Source: Methanotrichaceae archaeon
GTDB lineage: Archaea > Halobacteriota > Methanosarcinia > Methanotrichales > Methanotrichaceae
Length of the DNA stretch: 64,000 bases
NCBI GenBank assembly: GCA_963803145.1
Contig: CAWDLW010000016.1
Coordinates: 64,001 to 128,000, forward strand
Direction: 5' to 3'
Both the position numbers and the translations under genes were made by a program. The notes under the pieces were generated by a model. It had not been told where the DNA came from. It saw only the letters and a list, made by a program, of their open reading frames with translations, and searched no databases. Below are positions 41,335 to 51,268 of this stretch, piece after piece (the first letter of the stretch is position 1; each line of letters begins with the position of its first letter).

Positions 41335-41357
41335 CCTGAGAATCATAGTGTTTTGTG
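41335..41357. repeat. 23-bp dispersed motif (copy 2, inverted relative to 27129-27151)
   Basis: CCTGAGAATCATAGTGTTTTGTG. Confidence 0.6.
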
Positions 41358-41645
41358 TGGTACGAAAATGGTCCCTATCCTGGGACTATTTTCATCTTCA
41401 GGGGTGACAGCCAGGTCATGAACGTTTCTTTGTGGTGAATCTCGTTTAGCCTCGCTGCCAACCAAACGGACAGCATTCAATTACAAAGGACATGAAGGAC
41501 GCACAAAGAAATATTCAATTTGGTTTTGGGATGACCTCATTTCTAAGATCTCCCATTTCACGGCAAATTCAGCTCACTACCAAGCTTGATCTCAAGCCCC
41601 TATCGAAAGGTTTATAGCCATATACTATAATGGTTAAGTAGAATA

Positions 41646-41659
41646 CTTGAATATTCAAG
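41646..41659. promoter_or_regulatory. Perfect palindrome CTTGAATATTCAAG, candidate operator of the downstream wHTH
   Basis: 14-bp palindrome between a TATA-like TTTATA and the start at 41697. Confidence 0.55.
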
Positions 41660-41696
41660 GATTATCCTGTGCGAAGGTCATAACCTGCCTGAACGA

Positions 41697-41984
41697 ATGA
41701 AGAGCATTCGAAAGTATATCCATGCACTGCACTGCCCTACTCGATGGGATATCATAGACTGCATCGGCACTGGCCAGAAAAGCTCAAAGGAGATCTACGA
41801 TGATCTAAAACTTGGCGAGGCTGGAATAAGTCCTGCCGGGCTTTACTATCATCTTTCAGCTCTTCGAAAGGCTGGGATCATCGAGGTAGCATCCTTTCGA
41901 GAGACGCAGGGCGGCATACCTGAGAAGGTATGGAAACTGAAGACTACAAAGATTGTAATTGATCTGTTGGAAGAAAAAGAGTAG
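41697..41984 (+). CDS. ArsR-like winged-helix regulator
   Basis: ALHCPTRWDII...LYYHLSALRKAGII...GIPEKVW. Confidence 0.85.
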   Translation: MKSIRKYIHALHCPTRWDIIDCIGTGQKSSKEIYDDLKLGEAGISPAGLYYHLSALRKAGIIEVASFRETQGGIPEKVWKLKTTKIVIDLLEEKE

Positions 41985-42041
41985 CTCAGCGACTAGATGT
42001 ATCTAGCTAAAGCTATCCAAGACTCAAGGAGGTAAGCAAAA

Positions 42042-42374
42042 ATGAAGGAAAAAGCCAGGCCGTTTAAGTTCACCGAAGCTCTCGGTGAAGAAATAAACAC
42101 TCCATTTGGGAAGCTGGCATCGGAGATATTCAAAGATGGAGCACTATCCGCAAAAGACAAAGCTATTATCGCAGTAGCATGCGCAGTTGCGGTTAAATGC
42201 GAGTATTGCGCCAAGGTACAAAAAGAACATGCGTTGATGGCTGGTGCTAAAAGAGAAGAACTTCTAGAGGCTGCAGCAGTTGCAGGGCTGGTACGCATGG
42301 GCTCTGGATTCCAAATTGCATCGTCGCTTTTAGACAATGCAGAAAGTGGGAATGAATGCCGGAATTGCGGATAG
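42042..42374 (+). CDS. Carboxymuconolactone decarboxylase / AhpD-like protein
   Basis: [15 protein letters not shown]...KCEYC...AGA..EELLEA. Confidence 0.88.
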   Translation: MKEKARPFKFTEALGEEINTPFGKLASEIFKDGALSAKDKAIIAVACAVAVKCEYCAKVQKEHALMAGAKREELLEAAAVAGLVRMGSGFQIASSLLDNAESGNECRNCG

Positions 42375-42459
42375 TAAGAGATGCAGGAATTAGTGTAGCA
42401 ACATTAAATTATTTTAAATAATTAATATATCTGGTAGAAATAAATTGGGGTGAGAAGAT

Positions 42460-42678
42460 ATGTGTTGTGGAGAAGAAATGCATGGGCACCATGCAGGGCA
42501 CATGGGCCACGGCGCTCATCATAAGGGTATGGCACACGGCATGTGCGACTGTGGCTGTGGAGGACGGAGATTCCTGAGCAAGAAGGAAAGAATGGAGATG
42601 CTTGAAGAGTATAGCGAATCTCTCAAGTGCGAGCTGGAAGGTGTTGAGGAAGAGCTGAAAGAACTCAGAGGTGAGTAA
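42460..42678 (+). CDS. Small His/Cys-rich coiled-coil protein (DUF5320-like)
   Basis: MCC..HGHH..CDCGC-GRRFLSKKE..LEEY..L..EL. Confidence 0.75.
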   Translation: MCCGEEMHGHHAGHMGHGAHHKGMAHGMCDCGCGGRRFLSKKERMEMLEEYSESLKCELEGVEEELKELRGE

Positions 42679-42720
42679 GCGGATCACTTGATCCGCCAAT
42701 TATTATTTAATAGAGGAATT

Positions 42721-43710
42721 ATGACAACCAGGTTGGACCTGATCAGCGATCCTGCGATTCAAGTCACCGATTTGACGAAGCGTTATGGTGATTTCCTTGC
42801 CGTCGACCATCTTTGCTTTCAGGTCCAAAAAGGCGAGATCTTCGGCTTCCTGGGCCCAAATGGCTCAGGGAAGACCACCACCATCAGGATGCTTGTTGGA
42901 CTATCGAAACCAACGGAAGGCAGAGCCAGCATCTTGGGTCATGATGTCCTTTCTAACATAACCGAGGCCAAAAGATACATGGGTGTGGTCCCCGACATTT
43001 CCAACCTGTATGATGAACTCTCTGCCAGAAATAACCTGCTATTTATGGCCAAGCTCTACGGAGTCCCGCGTGACCAGCGCGAATCGAAGGCCGACGAACT
43101 CCTGAAAATTTTCGGCCTCTACGAACAAAGAAACGACCGTTTCGATACATTCTCCCGTGGCATGAAGCGTGCCTTGACCATCGCAGCAGCCCTGATACAC
43201 AGCCCGAAGATCCTATTTCTGGATGAGCCTACAACCGGGCTGGATGTAGTGGCGGCTCGTTCCCTTCGCAACCTGATATCCAATCTGCATAGCCAGGGCC
43301 TGACCATCTTCCTCACAACCCATTACCTTGAGGAGGCGGATCTTTTGTGTGATCGCATCGCCATTTTGGTCAAGGGCAAGATCGTAAAGATCGGTACTCC
43401 TGAAGAATTAAAGCACCTGACAGAAGAGAGATCGGTGATAGAGATCACCTTTACCGAGGGTATACGTGCCCGGATGGAGGAACTATCTGGCAGGATTCCT
43501 GGAACGAAAATAATTGTCCTGGAAGATAATAAAGTGCGTATTTATGGCGGCGATCCTCCCAGTATATTCGAAGAAGTCTCGCAGTTTGCAAAAGATACGG
43601 GGATAGGGCTGGAATTGGTTAATAGCATAAGACCAAGTCTGGAAGACGCATTCATGAGAATAACCGGCTTGAGCCCCGTTGTTATGGCCATTGAGAAAGG
43701 GGGCAAGTAA
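42721..43710 (+). CDS. ABC-2 (DrrA-like) ATP-binding protein
   Basis: GPNGSGKTT, FSRGMK, LDEPT and TTHYLEEA. Confidence 0.92.
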   Translation: MTTRLDLISDPAIQVTDLTKRYGDFLAVDHLCFQVQKGEIFGFLGPNGSGKTTTIRMLVGLSKPTEGRASILGHDVLSNITEAKRYMGVVPDISNLYDELSARNNLLFMAKLYGVPRDQRESKADELLKIFGLYEQRNDRFDTFSRGMKRALTIAAALIHSPKILFLDEPTTGLDVVAARSLRNLISNLHSQGLTIFLTTHYLEEADLLCDRIAILVKGKIVKIGTPEELKHLTEERSVIEITFTEGIRARMEELSGRIPGTKIIVLEDNKVRIYGGDPPSIFEEVSQFAKDTGIGLELVNSIRPSLEDAFMRITGLSPVVMAIEKGGK

Positions 43711-43711
43711 G

Positions 43712-44440
43712 ATGTGGCAAGATGAGCTGCGGGGGATTTATTACATTGCCCTGAAGGATATGAGGACCTACTATTTCAAACCGCCCGCAGTAAGCTGGGG
43801 AGTCATCTTCCCAGTTGTCTGGATTCTGGCCTTCTATCTGAGGAACCCCAGAAACTTCGAAGATCTTATTCCTGGCCTGATCGCCATGACAATCCTATTC
43901 AGCACTACCGCTGCCGAAGCAGTGGTCATAAACTTCGAGCTGAAGCTGGGGTCACTTGAGAGACTCTTGCTGGCGCCCATAAGTATAGCTTCGGTGCTCA
44001 TCGGCAAAGTCCTTGGAGGTTTTATATTTGGACTTTTGATGACGATAATAGTGACTTCAGTCTCGATACTCTATCTTGGGCTTCATCCGAACATTCTTGC
44101 GCTAGCCGCAATCGCAATTCCCTCGCTGCTCGTCTTCTCTTCTATGGGCGCATTCTTCAGTGTCGCTGTGAAAGAGGTATTCGAGGCCCAGACTTTGCTC
44201 AATCTGCCAAGGTTCATAATGATCTTCCTTTGCGGCGTTGTTTATCCTATATCGGCCATGCCCGGATGGTTGCAATACCTTGCTCGCCTTCTGCCACTCA
44301 CATATACCGTTGATGGCCTGCGCAGATCATTCTCACTCAGTTCGAACTCTTCGATATTCATAGATCTGCTTGTACTTATCGGATACTTTTTGATTCTCAT
44401 TATTCCAGCGATAAAGCTATTGAACAAGAAGTTTGAATGA
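43712..44440 (+). CDS. ABC-2 type permease
   Basis: GSLERLLLAP, FLCGVVYP and LPLTY. Confidence 0.9.
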   Translation: MWQDELRGIYYIALKDMRTYYFKPPAVSWGVIFPVVWILAFYLRNPRNFEDLIPGLIAMTILFSTTAAEAVVINFELKLGSLERLLLAPISIASVLIGKVLGGFIFGLLMTIIVTSVSILYLGLHPNILALAAIAIPSLLVFSSMGAFFSVAVKEVFEAQTLLNLPRFIMIFLCGVVYPISAMPGWLQYLARLLPLTYTVDGLRRSFSLSSNSSIFIDLLVLIGYFLILIIPAIKLLNKKFE

Positions 44441-44484
44441 AGAGTGTCTGATTTCGTCTCTACAAAGGCTAAAAAGCAAGATAT

Positions 44485-44504
44485 ATATCGTCTTATGGCG
44501 ATAT
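44485..44504. promoter_or_regulatory. Candidate ArsR operator ATATCG-N8-CGATAT
   Basis: Perfect inverted repeat overlapping a TATA-like ATATAT upstream of arsR; similar sites at 49571 and 53971. Confidence 0.65.
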
Positions 44505-44540
44505 GTTTATATTTGAATATGTCTCTATATCAGATCAATC

Positions 44541-44879
44541 ATGGCTCAAACATCAGTCTCGGATTTGCGGGTGAAGGTCCTGAGTGCCTTATCGGACCCT
44601 ACCCGTCTGGAGATAATCGAATATCTCAGACCTGGGGAGAGGTGCGTCTGCGAAATCATTCCGGCTTTTCAGCGGTCCCAGTCCACCATTTCTAAACACC
44701 TGAATATCCTCTACGATGCAGGCATCCTCGATCGCCGAATAGATGGAAAGAAAACTCTCTACAGCATAAAAGATCCTCAGGTTTTCGAGATTATCAAAGC
44801 GGTAGATGCCCTGGCTTTGAGACAGATCTCCAACTTGGCTGAGGCAGGAAAGATTCTGGAAAAATCCCTATGTAAGTAA
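44541..44879 (+). CDS. arsR: ArsR/SmtB metalloregulator
   Basis: ALSDPTRLEI..GERCVCEI...QSTISKHL. Confidence 0.9.
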   Translation: MAQTSVSDLRVKVLSALSDPTRLEIIEYLRPGERCVCEIIPAFQRSQSTISKHLNILYDAGILDRRIDGKKTLYSIKDPQVFEIIKAVDALALRQISNLAEAGKILEKSLCK

Positions 44880-44891
44880 GAAGCTGATCCT

Positions 44892-46010
44892 ATGGTTACA
44901 TACATTCAAATGTTTATGCCTGCTCTTCAGGCCGGGATTACAACTCTGCTCGGGTACCTCTCAGCACACGTTTTGACCTGCCTGGTGCCGGCATTCTTTA
45001 TCGCTGGGGCAATAGCAGCACTGCTGCAGAAGGAGACTGTGCTGAAATACTTCGGGGCGGGTGCTCCCAAGTGGCTTTGTTACTCAGTTGCCGCCACTTC
45101 GGGAACTATCCTGGCGGTCTGCAGCTGTACCATACTTCCCATGTTTGCGGGCATAGAGAAGAAAGGCGCTGGTATCGGTCCTGCTACCGCCTTTCTCTTC
45201 TCAGGCCCTGCAATCAACTTGCTGGCGATTGTGCTCACTGCAAGAGTGCTGGGCGTGGATATCGGCATTGCCAGAGCAGTAGCTGCCGTCTCCATGTCTG
45301 TGGTCATCGGTCTGATCATGGCGGCTATATTCGAAAGAAGCCCGCCGAAATGCGAGGTAGAGCCGGGAAAAGATTCTATCGTGACTGCCAATCCTGCACA
45401 AGCGACTGAAGATACGGGAGGACATGGCGGTCTAAAGCACAAGTCGATATTGTTGCTGGTGCTTCTGATCGGAGTGCTTCTCTCAGCCACGTCATCACTG
45501 CAGTTCGCGCTGAAATGGATGATAGTGGCAGCTTTCGTACTGGCGTCCGCTTATATACTGAAAAGACACTTCTCCGATGATGAGCGGAGCATCTTCTTCA
45601 GTGAAACATGGGACCTCGCGAAGAAGATCTTCCCCCTCCTGATCGTAGGGACGTTCATTACAGGCGTGATTGGTTATTTCCTGCCTGTGGATCTGATCCG
45701 AGCGATATTCGGCTCGAACAGCTTCCTGGCCTGCTTCGTCGCCTCGATCGTAGGTGCACTGCTCTATATGCCGACCCTTTTGGAGATACCCATAGTCGGG
45801 ACGCTCTTTGGGTACAGCACCGGAGTAACCGCTCCAGGTCCGGCTCTGGCCCTACTGCTTTCGGGACCATCTCTGAGCCTCCCGAGCATGATAGTGATCA
45901 TGAGGGTGATAGGCCCGAAAAAAGGAGGCGCTTACATCATCCTTGTAGTGATTATCTCGACATTGGTTGGAATGCTATACGGATCGATTGTAGGATATAA
46001 AATTGTTTAA
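44892..46010 (+). CDS. DUF318/ArsP-family permease
   Basis: HVLTCLVPAF, AVCSCTILP, FLFSGPAIN and GPSLSLPS. Confidence 0.88.
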   Translation: MVTYIQMFMPALQAGITTLLGYLSAHVLTCLVPAFFIAGAIAALLQKETVLKYFGAGAPKWLCYSVAATSGTILAVCSCTILPMFAGIEKKGAGIGPATAFLFSGPAINLLAIVLTARVLGVDIGIARAVAAVSMSVVIGLIMAAIFERSPPKCEVEPGKDSIVTANPAQATEDTGGHGGLKHKSILLLVLLIGVLLSATSSLQFALKWMIVAAFVLASAYILKRHFSDDERSIFFSETWDLAKKIFPLLIVGTFITGVIGYFLPVDLIRAIFGSNSFLACFVASIVGALLYMPTLLEIPIVGTLFGYSTGVTAPGPALALLLSGPSLSLPSMIVIMRVIGPKKGGAYIILVVIISTLVGMLYGSIVGYKIV

Positions 46011-46034
46011 AATTTGAAATTGAGGTGAAAGGTA

Positions 46035-46268
46035 ATGAAGATAGAGATCCTCGGAACAGGCTGTGCCAAGTGCAAAAGCCTGACGAAGAACGTAGAGAAG
46101 GCAGTTGCCGAGCTGGGCATCCAGGCGGAAGTTGTCAAGGTGGACAGCATTCAGGAGATCATGAACAGAGGAGTCATGATGACTCCTGCCCTTTATATTG
46201 ACGGCCAATCCAAGATTGTCGGCAAAACGGCGACCGTGGATGAGATCAAGAAGATGCTGAAGAAGTGA
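46035..46268 (+). CDS. Small redox-active disulfide protein (MTH895-type thioredoxin)
   Basis: MKIEILGTGCAKC...VMMTPAL.IDG. Confidence 0.92.
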   Translation: MKIEILGTGCAKCKSLTKNVEKAVAELGIQAEVVKVDSIQEIMNRGVMMTPALYIDGQSKIVGKTATVDEIKKMLKK

Positions 46269-46277
46269 GGTTTATTC

Positions 46278-46661
46278 ATGGAAGAAAAGAAGACGTGTCT
46301 TTGCAGCAACTCGGATGTGCGCATTGTGGCATGCTCGGGTGCCTCAAATGTGGGCCAGATAGCGAATCAGGCAGCAATAGATCTGGCAAAAGAAAAAGTG
46401 GGCGGATTCTTCTGTCTGGCGGGAGTTGGAGCACATATCAAAGGAATGGTCAAATCCGGGAAAGAGGCAGATTTGGTTATTGCAATAGACGGATGTCCTG
46501 TGCAGTGTGCAGCGAAGACTTTGCAGCATGCGGAGATTGAGCCTGCTGTACAGATTATTGTGACCGAACTGGGAATTGAAAAGTCCCACGATATCTCAGT
46601 CGATAAAAAGGATTGCTCGATTGTTGTTGAAAGGGTAAAAGAGGAAATTGGCAGTGAATAG
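46278..46661 (+). CDS. DGC-domain putative zinc-binding protein
   Basis: ACSGASNVGQ, FCLAG and AIDGCPVQC. Confidence 0.92.
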   Translation: MEEKKTCLCSNSDVRIVACSGASNVGQIANQAAIDLAKEKVGGFFCLAGVGAHIKGMVKSGKEADLVIAIDGCPVQCAAKTLQHAEIEPAVQIIVTELGIEKSHDISVDKKDCSIVVERVKEEIGSE

Positions 46662-46964
46662 CTGAATTTGCTGAGCGCCTGAACTATAACGGAAAATTCA
46701 GACGCATTGAGTGGGGTGCCAGATTTTGCTGGCACTCACTTACAATGAGTTATGGGTACATTGACCATATTAGTTTCGCTTTTTATAGTTAATCCTCTAG
46801 CTTTTTGCACTAAGAAATCGCTCTACCCAGGGCTTTGAATATCCATCTTTTTTAAATCAATGATTAACTATATATAATATCTTAATAAAAGCCCTTTCTG
46901 GCGGATTATCCGATAAAATGCAATTACGGCAAATAATTTATACAGCTGGAGCCCATTATCAATT

Positions 46965-47603
46965 ATGGCAGATTTTAAAAAAGTCGACATCCCGCAGGGA
47001 GTCTGGGACTTCCATGGACATCTCTGTCCGTTCATGCCGATCGGGTACCGGATGGGACAGGTCGCCATGCGGGAACTGGGCGTTTCGCACATCGGGGATC
47101 ACGGCGCATTCGGCCTCTCCGAAATGGGCGTCGGCCACCCGCAGACCTGCATGATCGACGGGTTCATGGCAGTCACCGGCTGCACGTATGGGAAACTCAT
47201 GATGGAGCGGCTCAATTATGGGAAGGTCGCCTGTCTTCTTGTTGTTCCGGGGAAGGGCGCGGTCCGCGTATACCTGAAATCGGAGTTCCAGGACGCTCTT
47301 GGCAAGCAGGAATTCTTCGTGTACCGGAAGAAAGGGATCGAGCCCTCGCAGATACCGTCAGACGTTGTGAAAAACGTGGTGGATGTAGTCCTGACAGCAC
47401 AAGAATCAGAGATGTTCACAGTCACCAAACTGCCGGATTACACATTCAGCCGCCTTAAAGGCTCCTTTGCCAAGACGAAGTGCAGCAAATGCGGCGAGTA
47501 CGTCTTCGAGCGCTACGTGCGGATGGTGGACGGTAAGCCTGAGTGCATTCCCTGCTCGGGTTATGACCAGACCTGGGTGAATGTCCTGAAAGGCACACAG
47601 TAA
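46965..47603 (+). CDS. FmdE-family protein with C-terminal zinc finger
   Basis: FHGHLCP, C..DG...TGCT.GK and CSKCGE...CIPC. Confidence 0.9.
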   Translation: MADFKKVDIPQGVWDFHGHLCPFMPIGYRMGQVAMRELGVSHIGDHGAFGLSEMGVGHPQTCMIDGFMAVTGCTYGKLMMERLNYGKVACLLVVPGKGAVRVYLKSEFQDALGKQEFFVYRKKGIEPSQIPSDVVKNVVDVVLTAQESEMFTVTKLPDYTFSRLKGSFAKTKCSKCGEYVFERYVRMVDGKPECIPCSGYDQTWVNVLKGTQ

Positions 47604-47614
47604 ACCGGTGAATC

Positions 47615-48388
47615 ATGGACAGCACCCTCCTGATCGCAATCGCTGCGGTCTTCATAGTCTCCATTATTTTCTCGATGTTCGGCCAGGGCGGCGGATCGCT
47701 CTACACCCCCATTCTCTTTCTGTTAGGGTACGCGGCGCTGACTTCGATCTCAACCTCGCTCACACTCAATCTCATCACTGCGCTGTCCGCATCGATCGTG
47801 TACTACCGGTCAAACCTCGTAGACATCCGGTTCGCGTTCTTCTTCGTACCGGGTATCTGCCTCGGTGCTTTCCTTGGCGGGGTGATGGCCGCGCTCATTA
47901 ATCCCGCGATCCTGATGTGGCTGTTCGTCGTCTTTCTTCTCGGTGCAGGAGGGCGAATGGTCTACACGTACTGGGAGAAGGCATCACCCGAAGGTACCTG
48001 CCCAGTACAATTTTCCAAAGGGATGTACGCCCTCATCGTGATCTTCAGCTTTTTTGTCGGCATCATATCCGGTCTGCTTGGTGTCGGCGGTGGCATCCTC
48101 ATCGTGCCGTTTCTGATATTCCTCTGTCGCTACCCGACGAAAAATTCTGCAGGCGTGGTGAGTTTCATCGTCATCTTCTCATCGCTGTTCGGTGTCTTCG
48201 GGCACCTGACTAGCGGCGGTTTCGATATTCCCCTGATTCTCGGCTGTGCGGTTGCGGTCTTTGTCGGAGCAACGATTGGAGCACGAAGCATGGTGAAGAT
48301 TCAAAGCGGGTATATTAAGGCGGGATTCGGTGTGATCCTCTGGGTATTTGCGATTCAGCTTATTCTCAAGCTGATGCATATTTTTTAA
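47615..48388 (+). CDS. TauE/SafE sulfite-exporter family membrane protein
   Basis: FSMFGQGGG..YTP and SGLLGVGGG..IVP. Confidence 0.9.
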   Translation: MDSTLLIAIAAVFIVSIIFSMFGQGGGSLYTPILFLLGYAALTSISTSLTLNLITALSASIVYYRSNLVDIRFAFFFVPGICLGAFLGGVMAALINPAILMWLFVVFLLGAGGRMVYTYWEKASPEGTCPVQFSKGMYALIVIFSFFVGIISGLLGVGGGILIVPFLIFLCRYPTKNSAGVVSFIVIFSSLFGVFGHLTSGGFDIPLILGCAVAVFVGATIGARSMVKIQSGYIKAGFGVILWVFAIQLILKLMHIF

Positions 48389-48488
48389 TATTTTTTGCAT
48401 TAGTTTCAAGTATCTTTATTGAGAAATGAGGATAAAATGATATTTAAAGATATATCAATATCGAAAAGACGGAAGGTCTAGTATAACA

Positions 48489-48770
48489 TCATCTCTGGCC
48501 GAAAGACTCCTTCACCACTTCGGTCAGAATGGGACCTGCCTGGTCAATCACGTTAGCTTCATAGAGCCACCCCTTGCGCTCGGGAAGAACGCCGGTCACC
48601 ATTATGGCTTTGCTCTCGTATTCGACTAGGCTAATCTCGTGGGAGGCCACCAGCTCTTCAGCTATGGATGCTGGCCTGGCTATGCGAGTCAGCTTGACTG
48701 TACAACATTGATGGCGCGGTGTTAAAATCGCGAACCGACCGTCCTGTACTATGCCTAAAAATTTATCCAT
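48489..48770 (-). CDS. Hypothetical protein with a CC motif
   Basis: MDKFLGIV...HQCCTV; GGAG RBS. Confidence 0.55.
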   Translation of the reverse strand: MDKFLGIVQDGRFAILTPRHQCCTVKLTRIARPASIAEELVASHEISLVEYESKAIMVTGVLPERKGWLYEANVIDQAGPILTEVVKESFGQR

Positions 48771-48901
48771 TTCAATCGCTCCTTGGGATTGCACTTATAT
48801 ATTTAGCTATGTAATAGCTGCTATTCCTAATTAAATATCTTTTGATGGATGAGTTAAAAAACAGTTATAAAATTTATCTGTGTCCAAAAGCTTTATAAAA
48901 G

Positions 48902-49288
48902 AATGCTGTGGAGGTTCAGCACATCCTAGTTTTCGGCGTAGGCATGATTTAGGCAACTTTCTGCTTTGCCTCGTTGAGTATATTGCTGTCAGTTTACCCT
49001 CCCACAGACGTGCCTGCCACAGTGATGATGCTCTCCTCGCTGGTGAGATTTCCCCTGGTCTTCATAAGCGGCGTCTTTCTTCCCGTAGAGGAGCTGCCCG
49101 CTTGGGGAAGGGCAATTTCATCTGTTTCACCTCTGACATATTTCATAGACCTTGCGAGATACTCAACTATGGGCATAAGCTTTTACTCCGTTCCAATTGA
49201 TCTGGCAGTTCTAGTGCTGTTCACCATACTCATCCTACTGATATCCATAAAGCTCCATGAAAGATTTCTGCCTCAGCGGCTGTCCTAG
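48902..49288 (+). pseudogene. ABC-2 permease, 3' fragment with in-frame TAG
   Basis: ...FGVGMI*ATFCFASL...FPLVFISGVF..SPLTYF; the 5' half is missing. Confidence 0.75.
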
Positions 49289-49570
49289 GCAAGAGGTACA
49301 ATTTTGCTTAGAAGGCCGCCAAAAGTCCTCTTATCTGGGATACTTCATCATAGAGCAGGCGGTTTCCCACTACCATTTTATTCATGGATTCGATAACGCA
49401 TCGGCATTTATTGATATGTCTTCGAGTTTCTTATCCTATCTGTCTAACCATATTTTTAGCATATTGCTTTTTAAATTTCCTGCGCTACCAATTTTATACC
49501 TAAATTACCAAATTTTTCCATCAAAAATCAGCATTTAAGGTTATAATCCTAAATTATCCGTAATCCTTAT

Positions 49571-49590
49571 ATATCGGCGAAGATTGATAC
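49571..49590. promoter_or_regulatory. Candidate ArsR operator ATATCG-N8-TGATAC
   Basis: Follows TTAT(ATAT), upstream of the small ORF-arsR-permease unit. Confidence 0.55.
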
Positions 49591-49607
49591 GTTATCAGTG
49601 AAAAGCT

Positions 49608-49895
49608 ATGTTAGACAAAATCATCGGAAAAGGCAACAGTGGTTGTGGCTGCTGCGGTTCACGAATTGTCAGTATGCGACAGGTTAACGTTGGCGGTCAT
49701 AGCGTGGGAATAGCAGGTATGGATGAAACATTCCAGGAGTACTTCAAAAAGGGGAAGGAGCCAGAGGATTCCACAGCGAATGAGCTGTTGGAAGATCTGA
49801 AGAAGCTTAATTTCATCGCCGAGGGCACTGAGGGTATGTATAAGAAGGCATTCTTGGAGGAGTACAAGAGATATTACGGTGTCAGGAAGATTTGA
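49608..49895 (+). CDS. Small protein with N-terminal CGCC motif
   Basis: GCGCCG...QVNVGG..VGI.G...NFI....Y..AF.EEY. Confidence 0.7.
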   Translation: MLDKIIGKGNSGCGCCGSRIVSMRQVNVGGHSVGIAGMDETFQEYFKKGKEPEDSTANELLEDLKKLNFIAEGTEGMYKKAFLEEYKRYYGVRKI

Positions 49896-49898
49896 GAG

Positions 49899-50327
49899 GT
49901 GATGCTAATATCGCCCGATAACGAGACTTATGATGACTCGGATATCGATGAGGATGCAATATGCACTCTCGCGAGGCTCATCGGCGATTCAACTAAAGCC
50001 AGGATGAGGGCCAGGAAGCTCTCTTCTTTGATGAACCGGATTGAGATAGAAACCACTGAAGAAGATATCGAAGTTTTCAAGGCTATAGCTGATCCCTGTC
50101 GCTTCAAGATTCTGAAGCTTCTCATTGAGGGAGAGCTCTGCGTCTGCGAGATTATGACCGCATTAAAAAAGCCTCAATCCTCCACTTCTCACCATTTATC
50201 CATCATGAAGGAGGCCGGACTGGTCAAAGAACGCAGAGACGGCAAATGGTCCTATTATCGGATTGCAGATGGAGCGGTGATAGAGATAGTCAGAGAGGCT
50301 GAGGCCTTGAAGAAAAATAGAGCTTGA
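49899..50327 (+). CDS. arsR: ArsR/SmtB metalloregulator with N-terminal extension
   Basis: FKAIADPCR, ELCVCEI and QSSTSHHL. Confidence 0.9.
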   Translation: MMLISPDNETYDDSDIDEDAICTLARLIGDSTKARMRARKLSSLMNRIEIETTEEDIEVFKAIADPCRFKILKLLIEGELCVCEIMTALKKPQSSTSHHLSIMKEAGLVKERRDGKWSYYRIADGAVIEIVREAEALKKNRA

Positions 50328-51241
50328 AGGAAAAAGAGATGTTATGGGATAACTTAATTGTTGCAGCGAATTTCTTTCTGGAAATCGCTGTAGAGTTGAT
50401 GGTTTTATTCATAGGCATAACCTTCCTGGTGGGATTGATCCAGGAATATGTCTCAGATGAAACCATCAAAAGAGCCCTGGGTGGGCGTCGTAAAATCTTG
50501 GGCAGCATCCTTGGAGCAGGATTTGGGGCCCTCACACCATTCTGTTCCTGCTCGACCATACCCCTGCTACTGGGGATGCTGAACGCCGGTGTGCCTTTTG
50601 CGTCTGCCATGTCGTTCCTGTTTGCATCGCCCCTATTGAACCCGGTAATCCTCTCTCTGTTCGTGATATTGATGGGGTGGAAAGTGGCAGCCCTATACTT
50701 TGCGGTCACTTTCATAGGCTCGATTATCATAGCCCTTATCCTCGATGAGCTGGGATTTGCAGGCCAGGTCAAACCAGTGGCTGCCATAAGAAACAACGGT
50801 TGTGGCTGCCATCAGGGCTCGGATCTTAAGTCGCGGGTAGGCAGGTCTGCTGTATTTGCCAAAAACCTTTTCCTGCAGCTCATGCCGTACCTCCTAATAG
50901 GCGCTGGAATCGGTGCCTTCATCCACGGCTTTGTTCCCACAGATGTGATCTCCCGAGTGGCAGGACCAAATAATCCCTTCGCCATTCCAGTAGCTGCAGC
51001 AATTGGGGTGCCCATTTACATAAGAGCTGAGACTATGATACCCATAGGCCTCGCCCTCATAGAGAAGGGAATGTCCGTAGGTGCCGTCCTAGCACTCGTC
51101 ATCGGAGGTGCTGGTGCGAGCATTCCTGAGCTGACGCTTCTTTCGGCCATATTCGAGAAGAAGATGCTGGCAGCCTTCGTGGTCACCATCTTCGTCATAG
51201 CTGTGGCTGCGGGTTACCTGGCCAACATGCTGGTTACCTGA
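50324..51241 (+). CDS. DUF318/ArsP-family permease (second)
   Basis: TPFCSCSTIP, FLFASPLLNP and GGAGASIPE. Confidence 0.9.
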   Translation: MKEKEMLWDNLIVAANFFLEIAVELMVLFIGITFLVGLIQEYVSDETIKRALGGRRKILGSILGAGFGALTPFCSCSTIPLLLGMLNAGVPFASAMSFLFASPLLNPVILSLFVILMGWKVAALYFAVTFIGSIIIALILDELGFAGQVKPVAAIRNNGCGCHQGSDLKSRVGRSAVFAKNLFLQLMPYLLIGAGIGAFIHGFVPTDVISRVAGPNNPFAIPVAAAIGVPIYIRAETMIPIGLALIEKGMSVGAVLALVIGGAGASIPELTLLSAIFEKKMLAAFVVTIFVIAVAAGYLANMLVT

Positions 51242-51268
51242 TGGAAACAAAGAGGGAAAAGAAAAACT

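Noticed and set aside
48950-48952. In-frame TAG as pyrrolysine readthrough
   Set aside because: The gene also lacks its 5' half and the site is within a TM helix, so a simple nonsense mutation is more likely. No pyl genes are in view.
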